Below, one piece after another: positions 12,946-26,627 of a stretch of DNA of 64,000 nucleotides; within the stretch, counting starts at the first letter, position 1, and each line of letters opens with the position of its first letter. This DNA is from Chrysomallon squamiferum (taxonomy: Eukaryota; Animalia; Mollusca): NCBI GenBank assembly GCA_012295275.1, contig CM022667.1:20708001-20772000 (forward strand), read 5' to 3'. The position numbers and the translations under genes are program-made. The notes beneath the pieces were generated by a model that worked only from the letters and a program-made list of their open reading frames with translations, was not told the DNA's origin and ran no database searches.

Positions 12946-13149
12946 AAACAAAAACCTCACGATAATCGCAAAATTAATATTATGTTTTTACTGTATTGTT
13001 ATCACATGACACGTTGTGATATATTTTGACAATTCAGTCATATATTCATTACACATAAAATACGCATATTATATAAATTATGTTATGCCACTAGAAGACT
13101 TCATTATCAAAGCAGTTCAGTTACTCAATCTCTTTATGATCTCTTGGTG

Positions 13150-13900
13150 ATACGATGTTATGTCAATCATCATGGAGAAAATCGGGAACAGAATAAATTT
13201 GGAGTTATTGGCTCGTTCCTAGCACAAGGTTTTATGCTTTTTCTGGAAATGTACTTAGCCGGGTCTGTGCTCTTTCTCGGATGGTTCCCTTCGGGATCTT
13301 GCTGATGTACAGTGGATTCCTCATGCTGGAATAGTCGTCCATACTGAAGGTGATATGCTGCAATCACCACTTTTATTGTTTGCATGACGTACGTCTTGTC
13401 GAAGTAGGAGACTAGATCCGTGGCTGCTGGTGTCCTTGAGATGCATCATAGCCTGAGGAAACATCCAGCTTACCATCCAGATAACCATCCAGGTTACTTA
13501 TCCAGGTTAACATGCAGCTTATCATCCATCTTACCATCCAGGTTAATAATATACAGCTTACCATCCAGATAACCATTCAGGTTACTTATCCAGGTTAACA
13601 TACAGCTTATCATCCAGCTTACTATCCAGGTTAACATGCAGCTTACCATCCAGGTTACCGCAGACAATCGATTGTCCTCATTTCTGTTGTATTCGTTGAC
13701 TTGTCCAAGCACCTCCAACTCTAGACATTTCTACTAAAATTACATGCCGCTGCTATGAATACATCTGCCTCAAAGTTCGCTTTCTAACAACAGTTCTGTA
13801 CATCCATTTCAAATCAATATTCTTCATACTTGAAAACAACGGCCTGGAAGAATTCACCATTTACAGAATGATAGTAGAACATGCCAAGAGCCTTTCCAAC
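13150..13900 (-). pseudogene. Decayed MULE-like transposase with an internal tandem amplification
   Basis: Frameshifted peptides in the expected order: NFEADVFIAA, EVLGQVNEYNRNEDNRL, NLDG, PQAMMHLKDT, ATDLVSYFDKTYV, SPSVWTTI, QQDPEGNHPRK. Confidence 0.6.
13463..13660. repeat. Tandem repeat of about 12-13 bp subunits (atccagcttacc / atccaggttaac)
   Basis: Directly visible; lies within the MULE relic. Confidence 0.85.
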
Positions 13901-14884
13901 ATCAGTTAAGAATGTATTCACTTATAAATGTTGGGTGACACAGGTGTACATCTTTTATGGGATACATTATTATAGTTATTACTAAAAATAAAACTAATAC
14001 CAAAAAATATATATGACAATAACAGAAATTTAGAATATTTAACATGCATTATTATTGCCAAATTAGTATATATGTGATGTAATCTTTTTTCTTCCATTCC
14101 AGTTGGTGCGGCTTTCGCTTCAAAGTAAGTTTCACATGACATTTATTCTGAGAAAATTTCCAGAAAGAACGTCCGATGACATCTGGGGGTCATTTTTATT
14201 CCTCGTGGACTCAGCGGTGCATTGAATTCAAAACAAACAGACAGAGGTTACTTTTATTAGAAATCGATGTACGTACCGCTGTTATAAAACGGAAAAACTA
14301 ATGCGATAATTTTGTTAACATATCCAGCCTCCCTGATGACTTGGGCCCGTCTGAAGTATCAGTAATCATGCTAACGATTCGACTGCCCACAGCCACGAGA
14401 GGCGGTTCGTACAATGTGCAAATATTTACAATAGCCCTCAAGGGAACGTCGCATTCTCAAATTTGAGTCGCTTATTAATGTGATTTCTGCGTCGTGGTTA
14501 ATTGCCGATTGTTATAATAACTTGATTATTTTCTTATTGGCACAAGAAGTGGAATAGTTTACAGCTCATCTGATGTTTCGTCTAATGTGCAACACAGGTC
14601 ACGAAACAGCCAGTACTGTCTAGGCTCAGCAATTTGTGATATCAGAACTTCTAACAGTGACATGAAAAAAAATATATAATGATGATAATAATACGTCTTA
14701 ATTCCTTTATCTCTATTTCCATTAAAATTTGTTGACCAACGAAGAACAAGCTCTGTGTTAACAACACCCATTTATCTCACTGAAACAGAAAGTTTCTTTT
14801 CTGAAAGTAGAGTAGTATCTGAACAGAATACCTAATGTTTTATTTATTATCTACATATTGTTTCTTCTATACTTTTATTTTACT

Positions 14885-14892
<8 letters not shown>

Positions 14893-14921
<29 letters not shown>

Positions 14922-15044
14922 TGTATGTATGTATGTATGTATGTATGTATGTATGTATGTATGTATGTATGTATGTATGTATGTATGTATGTATGTATGT
15001 ATGTATGTATGTATGTATGAATGAATGTATGTATGTATGTATGT
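14893..15044. repeat. (TATG)n microsatellite
   Basis: Directly visible, nearly perfect. Confidence 0.98.
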
Positions 15045-15228
15045 AATCAGAATGATTATTGGTTTCAGAATATTTAATTACTAACAGGATAAACTAACAT
15101 TATTTTGACGGACAGATATGAAATAAAAAAGTAAACAAATAAACATGACATATTTACAGCATACAGATTGATTTCTAAAAGCATTTAACATCAAGTAAAT
15201 ATTGGAAGTTGAGAAAATAGAACTGTGC

Positions 15229-15253
15229 AGGTGTGAGGTCTCATTTCACACCT
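15229..15253. promoter_or_regulatory. Inverted pair of consensus T-box half-sites
   Basis: AGGTGTGA (15229-15236), 9 bp spacer, TCACACCT (15246-15253); about 9.4 kb upstream of the Tbx20 ATG. Confidence 0.35.
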
Positions 15254-15444
15254 AGTCCAGTAAACAGGTATTCGTGTCGTGGTTTCACTTACTGTCATAC
15301 CACTACTGTCATTTGTTAGTAGCAACAGCATAAAATTGAGTTAAACAAAATACAGCCAGATCCAGTTCTTATGATTCTTTATTTTTTATTTTTTTTATCT
15401 TTTTTGTTTTGTTTGTTTTTTGTTTGTTTTGCGTGATTACTTGT

Positions 15445-15491
<47 letters not shown>

Positions 15492-16571
15492 CTTATTATT
15501 TAATTTTTTTATTTATTTTTAAATTCATTTAGTTATTTCATATAATAACCATTGTTAAAGTTTTACATCTTGAGAACGCCTCCAGGTGAAAATTTGATAT
15601 TTAAATTAAATTTAATTTAATAAAATATTAAGTTTATAATTTCGACTTTAAACTTAAACATTTTTAATTTAAAAAACGCCCAGACTACAAAATGATATTA
15701 AATACATGTTATTGTTTAATGTGATCAAGCAAAATAAAACATTTGGTAAATCGTGCATCAAGTCGTTATTATTCCTAAACAATAGGTAATCTAAATACAG
15801 GTTGCCAAAAGGATTTAGAAAGAAAGATAAAAGGAATGCCGAATGTGTCCGAATAATGCATTCTTATGCGTGATATATAATTTAAAACACTAATAATAAT
15901 AAAAGGAAGAAAGAAAAACGAAAACGAAAGAGAAAGAAAAAATGAAATGTATAATGAGACATAATGCTGAATTCTTATTAGTATATTGTTCATATTACAT
16001 TTATAGATATACGTTATATCGACGTGTGGAAAACGGATGCTACTTTGTTTTACATGTTTTTAATTTTAATTCTTACTGAATAGAGACATCTTTAAAATAG
16101 TGAATCCAAACTGCTTTGCACGAACTGAAATTCTTTCTGTTATTAATATTATTCTTGTTATTGTTAATGTTACTGCATGTTGTTATTGTCATTTTTCTTA
16201 TTACACCGGGTACGTTCATTTCTGCAATAAGTACTGTTCATACTGGTCTGAATATTACTTTATGTTAATCTCATTGCGAGTTATTTTAATACTGCACTAA
16301 TTAAGTATGGATGTGTTAAATATATTGATATTGGACTAAAATAGTATCTCTGTGTTAAATACAACTACTTATAACATCACGTAGATACTTTGGTCATTTT
16401 TATTCATGCTTTGAGCGGTGCCAATTAGAAAATTAGAATGTTTTATTTTATCGTTGATGAAATAAAGAAGAAATGTTTTATCAAACGGATGTTGTAATAT
16501 ATTGAAAATATCAGTGAAGCATGAATCGGGATATTTTTTAAAAATGATTAATATTAATATTAATATTATTA

Positions 16572-16637
<66 letters not shown>

Positions 16638-18390
16638 TTTATTATTATTATTATTATTTTTAAAGTAATAATTCACAAAACATAAAAACAGATTAGTCTG
16701 TAAACTGATGATGCGATATCAACTAAATATTATCACTTTTTCACTCGGTCTATCAGATAAATTTGTTTTCGAAGTTTTCCGCCATTTCAGTTACATTTAA
16801 TAATTCTTGTAGGATCTAAATCGTGTTAGAGTCGGATTTTGCTGTATCCAGTTTCTACATTTTTAAGCAATTTCCCAAATCATACTTGGCAGCGCCATTA
16901 AGTTAATTGCCATTTTGAATAATCACATTACAGCAGTCTTTGTTTTGTATAGAATTTGTCTTGATTTTCTGTAACAGATCGAAGCTGTTTGCACCCAAGG
17001 CGCCATTTGATAAGAGACAACCTCGTTGCTTTTCTCGCCACAAAGCGTTCCATGTGTTCTGGTTTCAATCAACGTGAAAAGCTCTCAGAAAGATAGTGAG
17101 GAGATGTTGGCAAAATGTCACAGAATTGTTCGTTTCGCAAGTCTACGCGTTGAAAACGAGTCCACAGCTCATACGATCAGGTCCCATTGTTGATTCAACC
17201 TTTTACCACTTGAAAAGAAACAGGAATCTCTGGAAAGCAAACTGATCAGAAATGTAAAAACGAAAATTCAATTAATAAAGTAGCAGTCAGTTATAATAAG
17301 GCTTCATAATTGTATAAGTAATTTAGACTTTTCGTTCTGGCTGTTTATTTAGTTATTATTAGTTGTGGATATTGATGTTGATATTGATAATGATATTGAT
17401 ATTGATATTGATTTGATGTTGATGTCGTTATTGCTGTTTCTGGTGCTGTTATTTATTTATTTATTTAATTTTTATTGCAGAAAAAAAGGTCAGGTGTTAA
17501 CACCGCTCTTATTGTTGATTGTTGGGTAATGATAACCACACCACACACCTGTTGCAGTCTAGCCCTGGTGGTCGGCAATTCGAGTGGCTTGTTTTGACCC
17601 TGGATGCACAGTCCGCCCAAACGCCGTTCAGAAGAAAATATCACTCAATTGTTGCTATTGTTCTGTAACCGTGACAGATATGGGGATATTGTAACACTTT
17701 TGCGTGACAACTTTATCACGTTAGATCAGTGTAAATTGGCAATAGGGGTTCTATTTTGTCCATGCGAGGATATATTTGCAAGCGTCAAAAGAACGTTTAC
17801 ACGTTGCAAAACTGTTTTGTGACACATGCGATCTGAGTGCGATAAATCAACGCGTTGACAGACCATTCAGTGTTTGTGAGGTATCGAGCGGGAAGACAAT
17901 CCCGTCTCGTTCTACCCGTATTCGTCAACCGAGACTACTTAACACGCAAACTTAAACTAGACACTCGTTGTAACCGAGAGGTTAATACCAAAACAAGTGT
18001 CACTCTAATGCGTAGGTTCGATTCTCGTATCTATTCGTCACTTCGCATATAACTTTGGAAATAAGTTCTTCATGAAACGTATTTCAAACGAAGCAAATTT
18101 ATCTCTGAAAGAATGGAAAAACATTTATAAAAGTACACTAGCAAGCATAGACTTTCAGAAATAGTTATTGTCGCAAACGGAGAAAGCCTCACTAAGCAAA
18201 GCTTTACTAATATCAAACAACAACAACAAAACAAAAACAATAATAAAAAAATTAAATAAAAATAAAATAAAAAGAAGATTAAAGAAAAATATAAATATAA
18301 CTTAAAAGTATAGGATCCAAAGGGAAATGTTGTTTTAAGAATAATTTTTTCAGTGGTGACATAAAAAGAGGTTTAAATAAGAAACAAAAA

Positions 18391-18429
<39 letters not shown>

Positions 18430-20845
18430 GTTATTATTATATATGGCTGTGAACAATCTCCTTCCACGACGACTTTTGGTTTGATCTTCCGGAAATTAAT
18501 GGAATATTCTATATTTTTTAATGTTTTGATTGGTATAGCTATATGCAGTACAGGTGCTTACCCATTGTCACATATTTGAAACCAAAAAAACGTGAAAAAT
18601 CCATTACGTTTAGACAGTGTACTATTATTTGCAGTGTCACTCGTAGATGTTGGTACCGCTCAGACGTTGTTAGTTTGATGATAACGATCAAGGCAGAGCA
18701 AAAAATGCGATAGATTATTGTATATATAATAATAACAATAACAACAACAACAATAATAATAATAATAATAATAATAACACCAGCTAGTTTGTAGGTTTTA
18801 TTATCTTACCGTGCCCTACGCAGTAGCAAGTTGAATGTCTATTTTTAACGATTGTTGTTCTTTAAGGGAAGATATCTGTTACAGATCATACTTTGCTTTG
18901 TATTTATAAAATAATAATCTGATTTCCCCTTATCACTTTGATTTAGTGAGGCCGGTTTACTTGTGTTTATTGCTTATAAATAAATATGTAGATGTTATCC
19001 GCTTAGCCAGATTGTTGTGCGTGATGTTGTTGGGGATTTTTGGGGGACAGTTGTTTTGTTCTTTGTTTTGTTTATACAATCAATAACATCTGATTTATTT
19101 GAGGAATTTTCTGGATGAATGATTAAGTAAATGTATAATTCATATTTTATTTATTTATTATTATTTACATATTAATGAAATTCGTCGTACATGTATATAT
19201 ATATATATATATATAAGTATTTTAATCATAAGCCTCTTAATAATGAATGTGAACGAAGGGGGGTAACTCAGAAATGGTTTGTTAAATAACGGATACAATA
19301 TTAGGTATTACGTACATAAGCTTTATTCTGCGGCGGTATGTATACACACGTATGTGTGTGAGGGTGTGTTCTAAAATGTACTCCTAAATACCAGACATTC
19401 ATCTTAAAGACCTCACACTTTGTTTTCTGATAAGAAACACAATACACATCAAAGTGTCATTATTTTTATTGTCTGAACACTTCTCTGATCTTATTCCGCG
19501 TTACCATCATTGTTTTATGAACACTTGACCAGTTCACCTTTCCTTTTGCATTTCTGTCCGTTTGTCCGTTATCTGTTATGTCGCGTGCCTTCACCATGAT
19601 GGTCAGACGTTATCCGCTGGCACGTGGTCAAACACCTGTGAGTTTAGGTGCTGATGTGGTGCAGAGGAAACAGAAGTGGAGCCGAGCATCACACAGGGTA
19701 ACGGGGTTTTAAAGGCAAAGGCGGTACACGTCTCCCCAGCTAATCAGGACTGCGACAGGTTCAAGATGTTTATTGCCACTTTGAACCTTTGAAAATTTCA
19801 AGATGACCATTTGTCATCAGAGTTTAAAGTAAACGCCAATGAAACACACGTGTAAACCACACCTATCGGATCTCTTTAAGAGGCATGCTGCCCGGGAATG
19901 CTCGTAACAATTCCTCACGTTTTACTCGTATTAAAATTTGTAACTGTACTTGAAAAAATGTTAAATATTTTCTGTGCGTCTATCCTGCAGATTTTTAACT
20001 AATGCTGACGTTCTTCATAATTAAATTACATGTAAATATATTTAAATAATAATAATAAGAAGAAGAAGAAGAAGAAGAAGAAGAAAAAACTCAGTTATTT
20101 ATGGGTACAGTGATATGAGATATAACATGATGGATATTATCAACATTAATACTACATGATCACACTCATTTCTTATTTCGTTTTGGTTTAACCATTCTGT
20201 TCGCGGCCAGTCTTGTATCTTAACAATCGACTACGTCGCGACATCTTTTGTGGTTGGTACGTCTCCTACACTTTTCTACGTGTGGACACAACAGTGGAAT
20301 AATTTTATTTATTTATTTATTATCATCATCATCATCATGATTATTATTATTATTTTAACGATATTCTTGTAACACTCCACTCAGACGCATACATGACAAA
20401 CATAACAGAGGTGTTTGCTGTGTGCATCCTTATTTGTTAAAGAGACAAACAGTTATCTTCTTTTTATGACTCGTTCATTCCAGATTTGACAAGTTTGCAA
20501 TTGCCAATCAGAGGTGTGGAAAATTGGCATTTAATTATCTCAATATTCTGTTGTACGTTGGTAATTTAACTTCATCAAATTAAACATGACATTATCGATA
20601 CGGTTAACAAATTGCCAATTCCAAACTGTCAATGTTAGCACGACCTCCCGTTTTGACGAGACGGGTTAACGTGTGGCTGATCAAGGCGATAGAGGCCGGT
20701 CCTCTCACCACCAGTTTTTCTTTTTGCTGCCGTTTTCTAATATGACATGACGTGGTTACATTGTCTGAATCTCGGCTAGGAGTGTTTGCAAAATTGACCC
20801 TCAGGCACCGATAACAGAAAACGAAGATATTGCAAATTTTATAAT

Positions 20846-20928
<83 letters not shown>

Positions 20929-23900
20929 TATTATTATTATAAAGGACTTTTCAAGTAAATGAGCAATCGAAATGCTATTCTAAAAATGTTAAAAAGAGAT
21001 GGGAATAAAGAAGGAAAAAACGAGAAAAAAGAAACAACAATTATTCGCAGATGGCTATCGGTTTTTTGGAACCGAAATATTATATCACTTACAAATATTT
21101 TGGGAATTCAATGTCTTGTAGAGAAGTTAAATAAACAGTGGACGTTTTTTCTGTAAAGAATAGAGAAGATGTAGGCCTAATTTATAAAGTAACAATCTCT
21201 GCTGCTATTATTTCTGCTGAAAGATCACTTGCCGCCATTCTCGCGAACAGCTAGATAGAACGATAATATTCTCCATTCGACTGATCTCATTTTAGTCAAC
21301 TGTCAGTCAATTTATGATGTTCGAGTGGGGATAAATATCGCTTGAACCCCATTCCACTTGGCAAATCATAACTCCCGTTGTCAGTTGATTATAAACTTGT
21401 AACAAACGAGAGTGATAAAAGTTCGATTACCCCGTACCATCACGAATTTCTATCAGAACGAACACCACTTTTTCTAGCGATGATATCAGAGCCGTTATAA
21501 CAAGTCAAATTCCAATCAGCTGGAGAAAGAACCAATTTAAGTCAAATAATTTTAGTAAAATTCTCTTTGAACTTTCAAAATCCCAAACAACCAGTGTCAT
21601 AAAGACTGCAGTCAGTTCATATATTGTCCCATAATCAGGTATTATGTGAATTTTCAGTTACATCTTAATATTAATATTAATATTAATAACTGAAAATGAC
21701 TGGTTTTATTTATTTTTTTATTATTATTATTTTTTATTTTATTTTAATGTTAATTTTATGAAGATAATATCAATATTTTTAAATCGGAAGCAGTTCTGTG
21801 AAATAAATTCTCAGATAGAAATTTATTTTTTTATTTCAATGGTTAGATGACAAGGACAGACACAGTAGGTTGCAGATCTAACTTCCTATAACTGCTTCTC
21901 TTGCTGTCAACCATAAAAATAAAAATCTGTTCAACACACAGTTGAATAAAATGTTCCTCATTATGGTGCCAAAGAAAAGTATTTTTTTTGCATTATTTTC
22001 AGATAGTTTTAATAGCTGAATGGGTAAGCATTCATATGTGCACCATTTCCAAAAAACCCAACAAACAACACTGGTGATAATAATTTTTCTCATTTCTTAA
22101 TAAACATTAAAATTTTCCTTCACCTTTATTTTCATATTCACAATGATAACATACATAACATATAAAATTAATTATAATAAATATAAATAATTTGTAACAT
22201 TTTAAGTTTTTTTATAATAAATATTTAATTATTTGAATGGCACTTGAAAAGTAGACATTGATAATCTCTTGTCTGTCTACCTCATGGCACTAGTTAATCG
22301 TTTTATTATTTCTCTGACAGTGGGCACAGTCAAATGACAATGATTAGCTGATACCATATCAAAGAACAGAAACTATTTCATGGTTTACATGGTTTTGGTA
22401 TTACAATATAAATAAATTATGATTTAATAAAACTATCTTTATGACAAATAATTTGTTTTTAAGCTCTATCCTAAACAATTCAAATGTGATCATCTTATGA
22501 CCTCCATTTTTTTTTTTACCTTGGAAAAATTTGTGTAGGTTGGAATAGTACACATTTCTACTGCCTCATAATATGTCAACATAAACCTACCCCATATATA
22601 TACACACACACTACTACTACTGCTACTACTACCCCATATCATTGTTAAAAAAAATACAGCAAGTAATTTCCAAGCACTTTATAAATCTTTGTACTAATTA
22701 CCCAATACTATAAACAATAAAATTTCCATCTTCCCAGGCTAACAGTTTCTGTCCTCAAGTTATCACAGTATATTCTAAAATGTGAAAAATTCTAAAATCT
22801 ATGATGAATGCATAAAAATATATTTTTAATGTACCTGATAATATGTAATGAAAATATATGTAATATATTTTAAAAAAGGTGTTCCCATAAAATGATGCAA
22901 GCTGCAGTTCAGTGATACAAGAATAAAAATTTGTAATTCAAAATAAATCAACAATAAATACACAAATATTTCAGGAAAATCAACAACAACATGCAAATCA
23001 GCTAACATAAACACATTATGTATTGAAGATATGATTATCTAAATAGAAACAACATCACAACATGTATCACCATAAAATGAAAAGTTTTAGGGAATGTTTG
23101 TTAAATTTGTTCATAACTGCTCCCTTAAAAATACAAATTATCATGTTCAAGATTTATATTGTTTATAAGCATGTATATTTTACAGGGAATATGTATCGGT
23201 CACAAACATTTTCAAGTATTATGTATAATGGCTGATTCACTAAGGAATTAAGTCTTTTCAGGGATTATTCACACCTTAAATTGTTATTTTACACCTTTTC
23301 CCTGAAATGCTCTTTTACTGTAACAATGTAAAAATTAATCAAGTAGTTGCTCTCCTTGTAACATGAATTAACTGAATGTCTTTTTATTTCAGATTGTCAT
23401 TTTAGCAACAGTCTAAGAGATATGTACATTCAAGTTCATTACTAAACAAATTATCAACTCTTAAATTAATACAACTGCTGTAACCTATGGCCTGGGAGTT
23501 TTTGACAGGTCTAAAAAACCACTGATATACATTGCCCATTTCTACTATCACATCCCCTGTTTCTGTTAACATTATAGTCACTCTATTGCTAAACTGTTTA
23601 TTCTGAACCTACTTTATTTCTAAAAACATGCAGTAATGTAATGTTCATTATACAGCATAGTGGAAACTGACTGCAAAATGGTAGTGACATCTATCCACCA
23701 TCAGTGCAACTGCTGTACATGTGACTTTCACCCATACGGTTTAGAGAACTCTGGAGCAGGCCATCAACACATCAGTTAAAAAGTTTGTTTGGGACTACCT
23801 TGTGTAATTCTTTTGTGTTTGGTTAAAAATTTAATACTGAGGTGATAATACGTATTTAATGGATTGTGTAAATTATTTTATTTTTTAAAATAATTTTTCT

Positions 23901-23936
23901 GTTCACAACATCAGTGTAATAATGACACAACCGAAA

Positions 23937-24160
23937 GATGATGATGGAGACTATGAAGTCCAATGTCTCAGAAAATCTCCCAGGCACACTATGTGATGTG
24001 CATTTATTGAGCCTGTCCTGGGAGGAACAAGCTCAGCTGAGGTAGATTTAATTTTCGGTGTCCTTCCTAAACCTGTTGTGCAGTCTACAAAAAGGCAGAA
24101 GGGAGTCATTCAATTCACCCTTAATTTATTACAGTATGTGCATATCAGTGGAAATTTATG
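23937..24160 (+). pseudogene. Possible decayed pogo/Tigger-like transposase C-terminal fragment
   Basis: Translation DDDGDYEVQCLRKS..*CAFIEP..IFGVLPKPVVQSTKRQKGVIQF with one internal stop. Resemblance recalled from memory. Confidence 0.35.
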
Positions 24161-24382
24161 ACAGGAATTAAAAAAAAGAAAGAGATTTACATGTGTTTAG
24201 TTTCTAGTAAGTTTCACTGTTTGAGATCATGGCCCATAGTACCCCAATGGGTGGCTCATTGGTCCCTTACCCCGGGCACAATGAGCCACCACAGACCCTG
24301 TTACATAAGTGTCTCCCACAGTGTTGCTGTTAAAGACATCTTATCAAACTCTGTATTGTAACTGAGAACAGTAATGCCTCTA

Positions 24383-24953
24383 TAAGCATCAACAGTTTTC
24401 TATAAACAGCTATGAAAATTTGGGTGAAATTTCCAAATATCTTAAAAATGGCTGTTGACCCCTATTTTCCCATAAATTTCACATTTATTTAAAGCCACAT
24501 ACAGAACGAAATAAAGTCAACATTTCAACAGGAACAAAAATATACTCTCAGTTTCAAGTCCAACAACAGAAAGAACATTTATAGAAAAAGAAAGCAAACT
24601 AAATAGGATCAATAAAATGTATTCTGAATGTTTACATATTTTCCAGATGATGATCAGTGATACAGATCTAATCCCTCCAGGACAAACCACCCCAATCCTA
24701 AAATGCAAGGTAGAACGTAAGACATCCACATAATGTGAATAACATAGCATACCTTAGCAGATACGAAATGATTTTTTCATGAAATCATAGCATCCAATGA
24801 TGTCTGGACTTTTCATCAGTTTTTGGTATTATTTTTGGAAGTTATATTCAATTTTCAAAACAAGAAAATTCAAAAAAATATGCTAAGGTACATTAGCACC
24901 TCTCTGTATTGTTAAAAAAATGTCTGCAGATGTGCAGTGACTGTTGATGCTTA
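24383..24953. mobile_element. MITE-like element with perfect 14 bp inverted ends
   Basis: TAAGCATCAACAGT (24383-24396) and ACTGTTGATGCTTA (24940-24953); can be read as a TA target duplication plus a 12 bp TIR. Confidence 0.5.
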
Positions 24954-25374
24954 GGAAACATTTATAATTTATAATTATATCTAGTTCATGTTCATAACTT
25001 GAAAGCTGTGCTCTGTGTACTGCTAAGAACTGCCAGAACATTATACCTTTGTAATAAGGCTGGACAACTTTAGTATTGTTTCATAGAAGTATGATGTTTA
25101 ATGTGGACATTTAACAAAATAATTATATAAAGAATAAATCATATTATATAGCCATTAAAAAAAAAATTAAATATAAAATTAAAAACTTATAATTTTCCAA
25201 AGTTAATGATAAAAAATTACTTTTAACATCTGTAATGTTACTGAAGACATTTTTGCTTAAAACAACATCATATACAAAACAATATTATTATAAAAATTAT
25301 ATAAGTTATACAACAATATTATTATAAAAATTATATAAGCTATATCCTCAATATATGAATTGTTCACTGGTTGT

Positions 25375-25611
25375 TCAAGGCAGATCTGCTGTTTCTTCAA
25401 GTTTCTGTACAGTATTTAGAAGAAGATTATACAACTTCAAGAAGAATTCTGTTGAAGGTTTGTGTACAGATATGCCATTTTCCCTTGTTTCTGCAAAGGC
25501 ACATGTGTATAAGAGGGACTGGAGTTTCTCCTGTATGGAACTTGGTGGATTTCGCAACAGACCTCCAATTGTGTTCATCCATTTACTAAGAAATACATCC
25601 TCACAAACACT
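25375..25611 (-). CDS. FAM69/DIPK1-family kinase, coding exon 3 (stop)
   Basis: Acceptor tttcag|AGT gives NNNLQ|SVCEDVF..GLLRNPP..LLYTCA. TGA at 25375-25377. Total CDS 1275 nt (424 aa). Confidence 0.9.
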   Translation of the reverse strand, partial: SVCEDVFLSKWMNTIGGLLRNPPSSIQEKLQSLLYTCAFAETRENGISVHKPSTEFFLKLYNLLLNTVQKLEETADLP

Positions 25612-26627
25612 CTGAAATATGTAAAACACTGATTAGTATAATCACAAAGCCAAATTAGGTCAGTCTGATGACACTGTTACCCAAATCTAATATATTACTT
25701 TATAACTTTTCATTGTAACATTTTCAGTGGTCTTTTTGTTTTGATGGGTGTTCAATTTCAGGTATCATTAATTTGTTCTGTCTACACTCTTCAAACCATG
25801 AACCAGGTAAAACTGATTCTATGTGGATTTTTAATTAGTCTCATGTCTGAAGTGCCCAAAATCAATTGATGGACATTTCAGTTTGGTAGCTTTGTGTGCT
25901 TTTGGATGTCTGGTAGTCAACAGTCAGTTTGTTTTCAAATAGAGCACCAACATTAATAAAATGACTTAGAACTGTTGACCAGATTTACCTAGGAATATAC
26001 ATTTTGAATGAAGTTAATTCATTAATTAAAATCTAAATCATCTAGAGTAGATGTTAAAGGACTGATGAAAACAATTAAATCAAGTCCTGATATTTTACTT
26101 GTAATCATGTTTTATTTAACAAGGGTCTTGTTGAAACTTATGATACTTTTCTACTGGTCAATAAATTGATATATATAAATATATATATAAATAAAGATGC
26201 TATCAAACTAACAACTTATTGTTTTACAAGTGTCCTCTATGTATTCAGAATATGATTCAGAATCTGTTCATATTATAATGTAAAAATGTAAATACTTTTT
26301 ATTCATCTCTGCATTTCTTTTATACATATTATTTAGGAAAATCTGATGAATCCAAATTAATCAGTGTATAATAGTTAAGTGGTTCAAATAAAACAAACTT
26401 CAATTTTATGCAAGATACATAATACTGGAAAACTGATATTTTTTTACTTTTAATGAAAATAATAATATTGACTAATTTGGTATTTAAAGTCACAGGGTGC
26501 TCTTGGATTTCTTTGCTATTTAATATTAATGAAGTTAGAAATATCTGTTTGTGAGCGTAAAAACTAAATGAAGGCAAAATAAAGCTATCAAAGTTCTGTC
26601 TGATTGATAATTATAAAATCTTCTTAC

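Noticed and set aside
17569-17600. tRNA/SINE A-box-like TAGCCCTGGTGG followed by ATTCGAG
   Set aside because: Box spacing is too short and no cloverleaf can be drawn.
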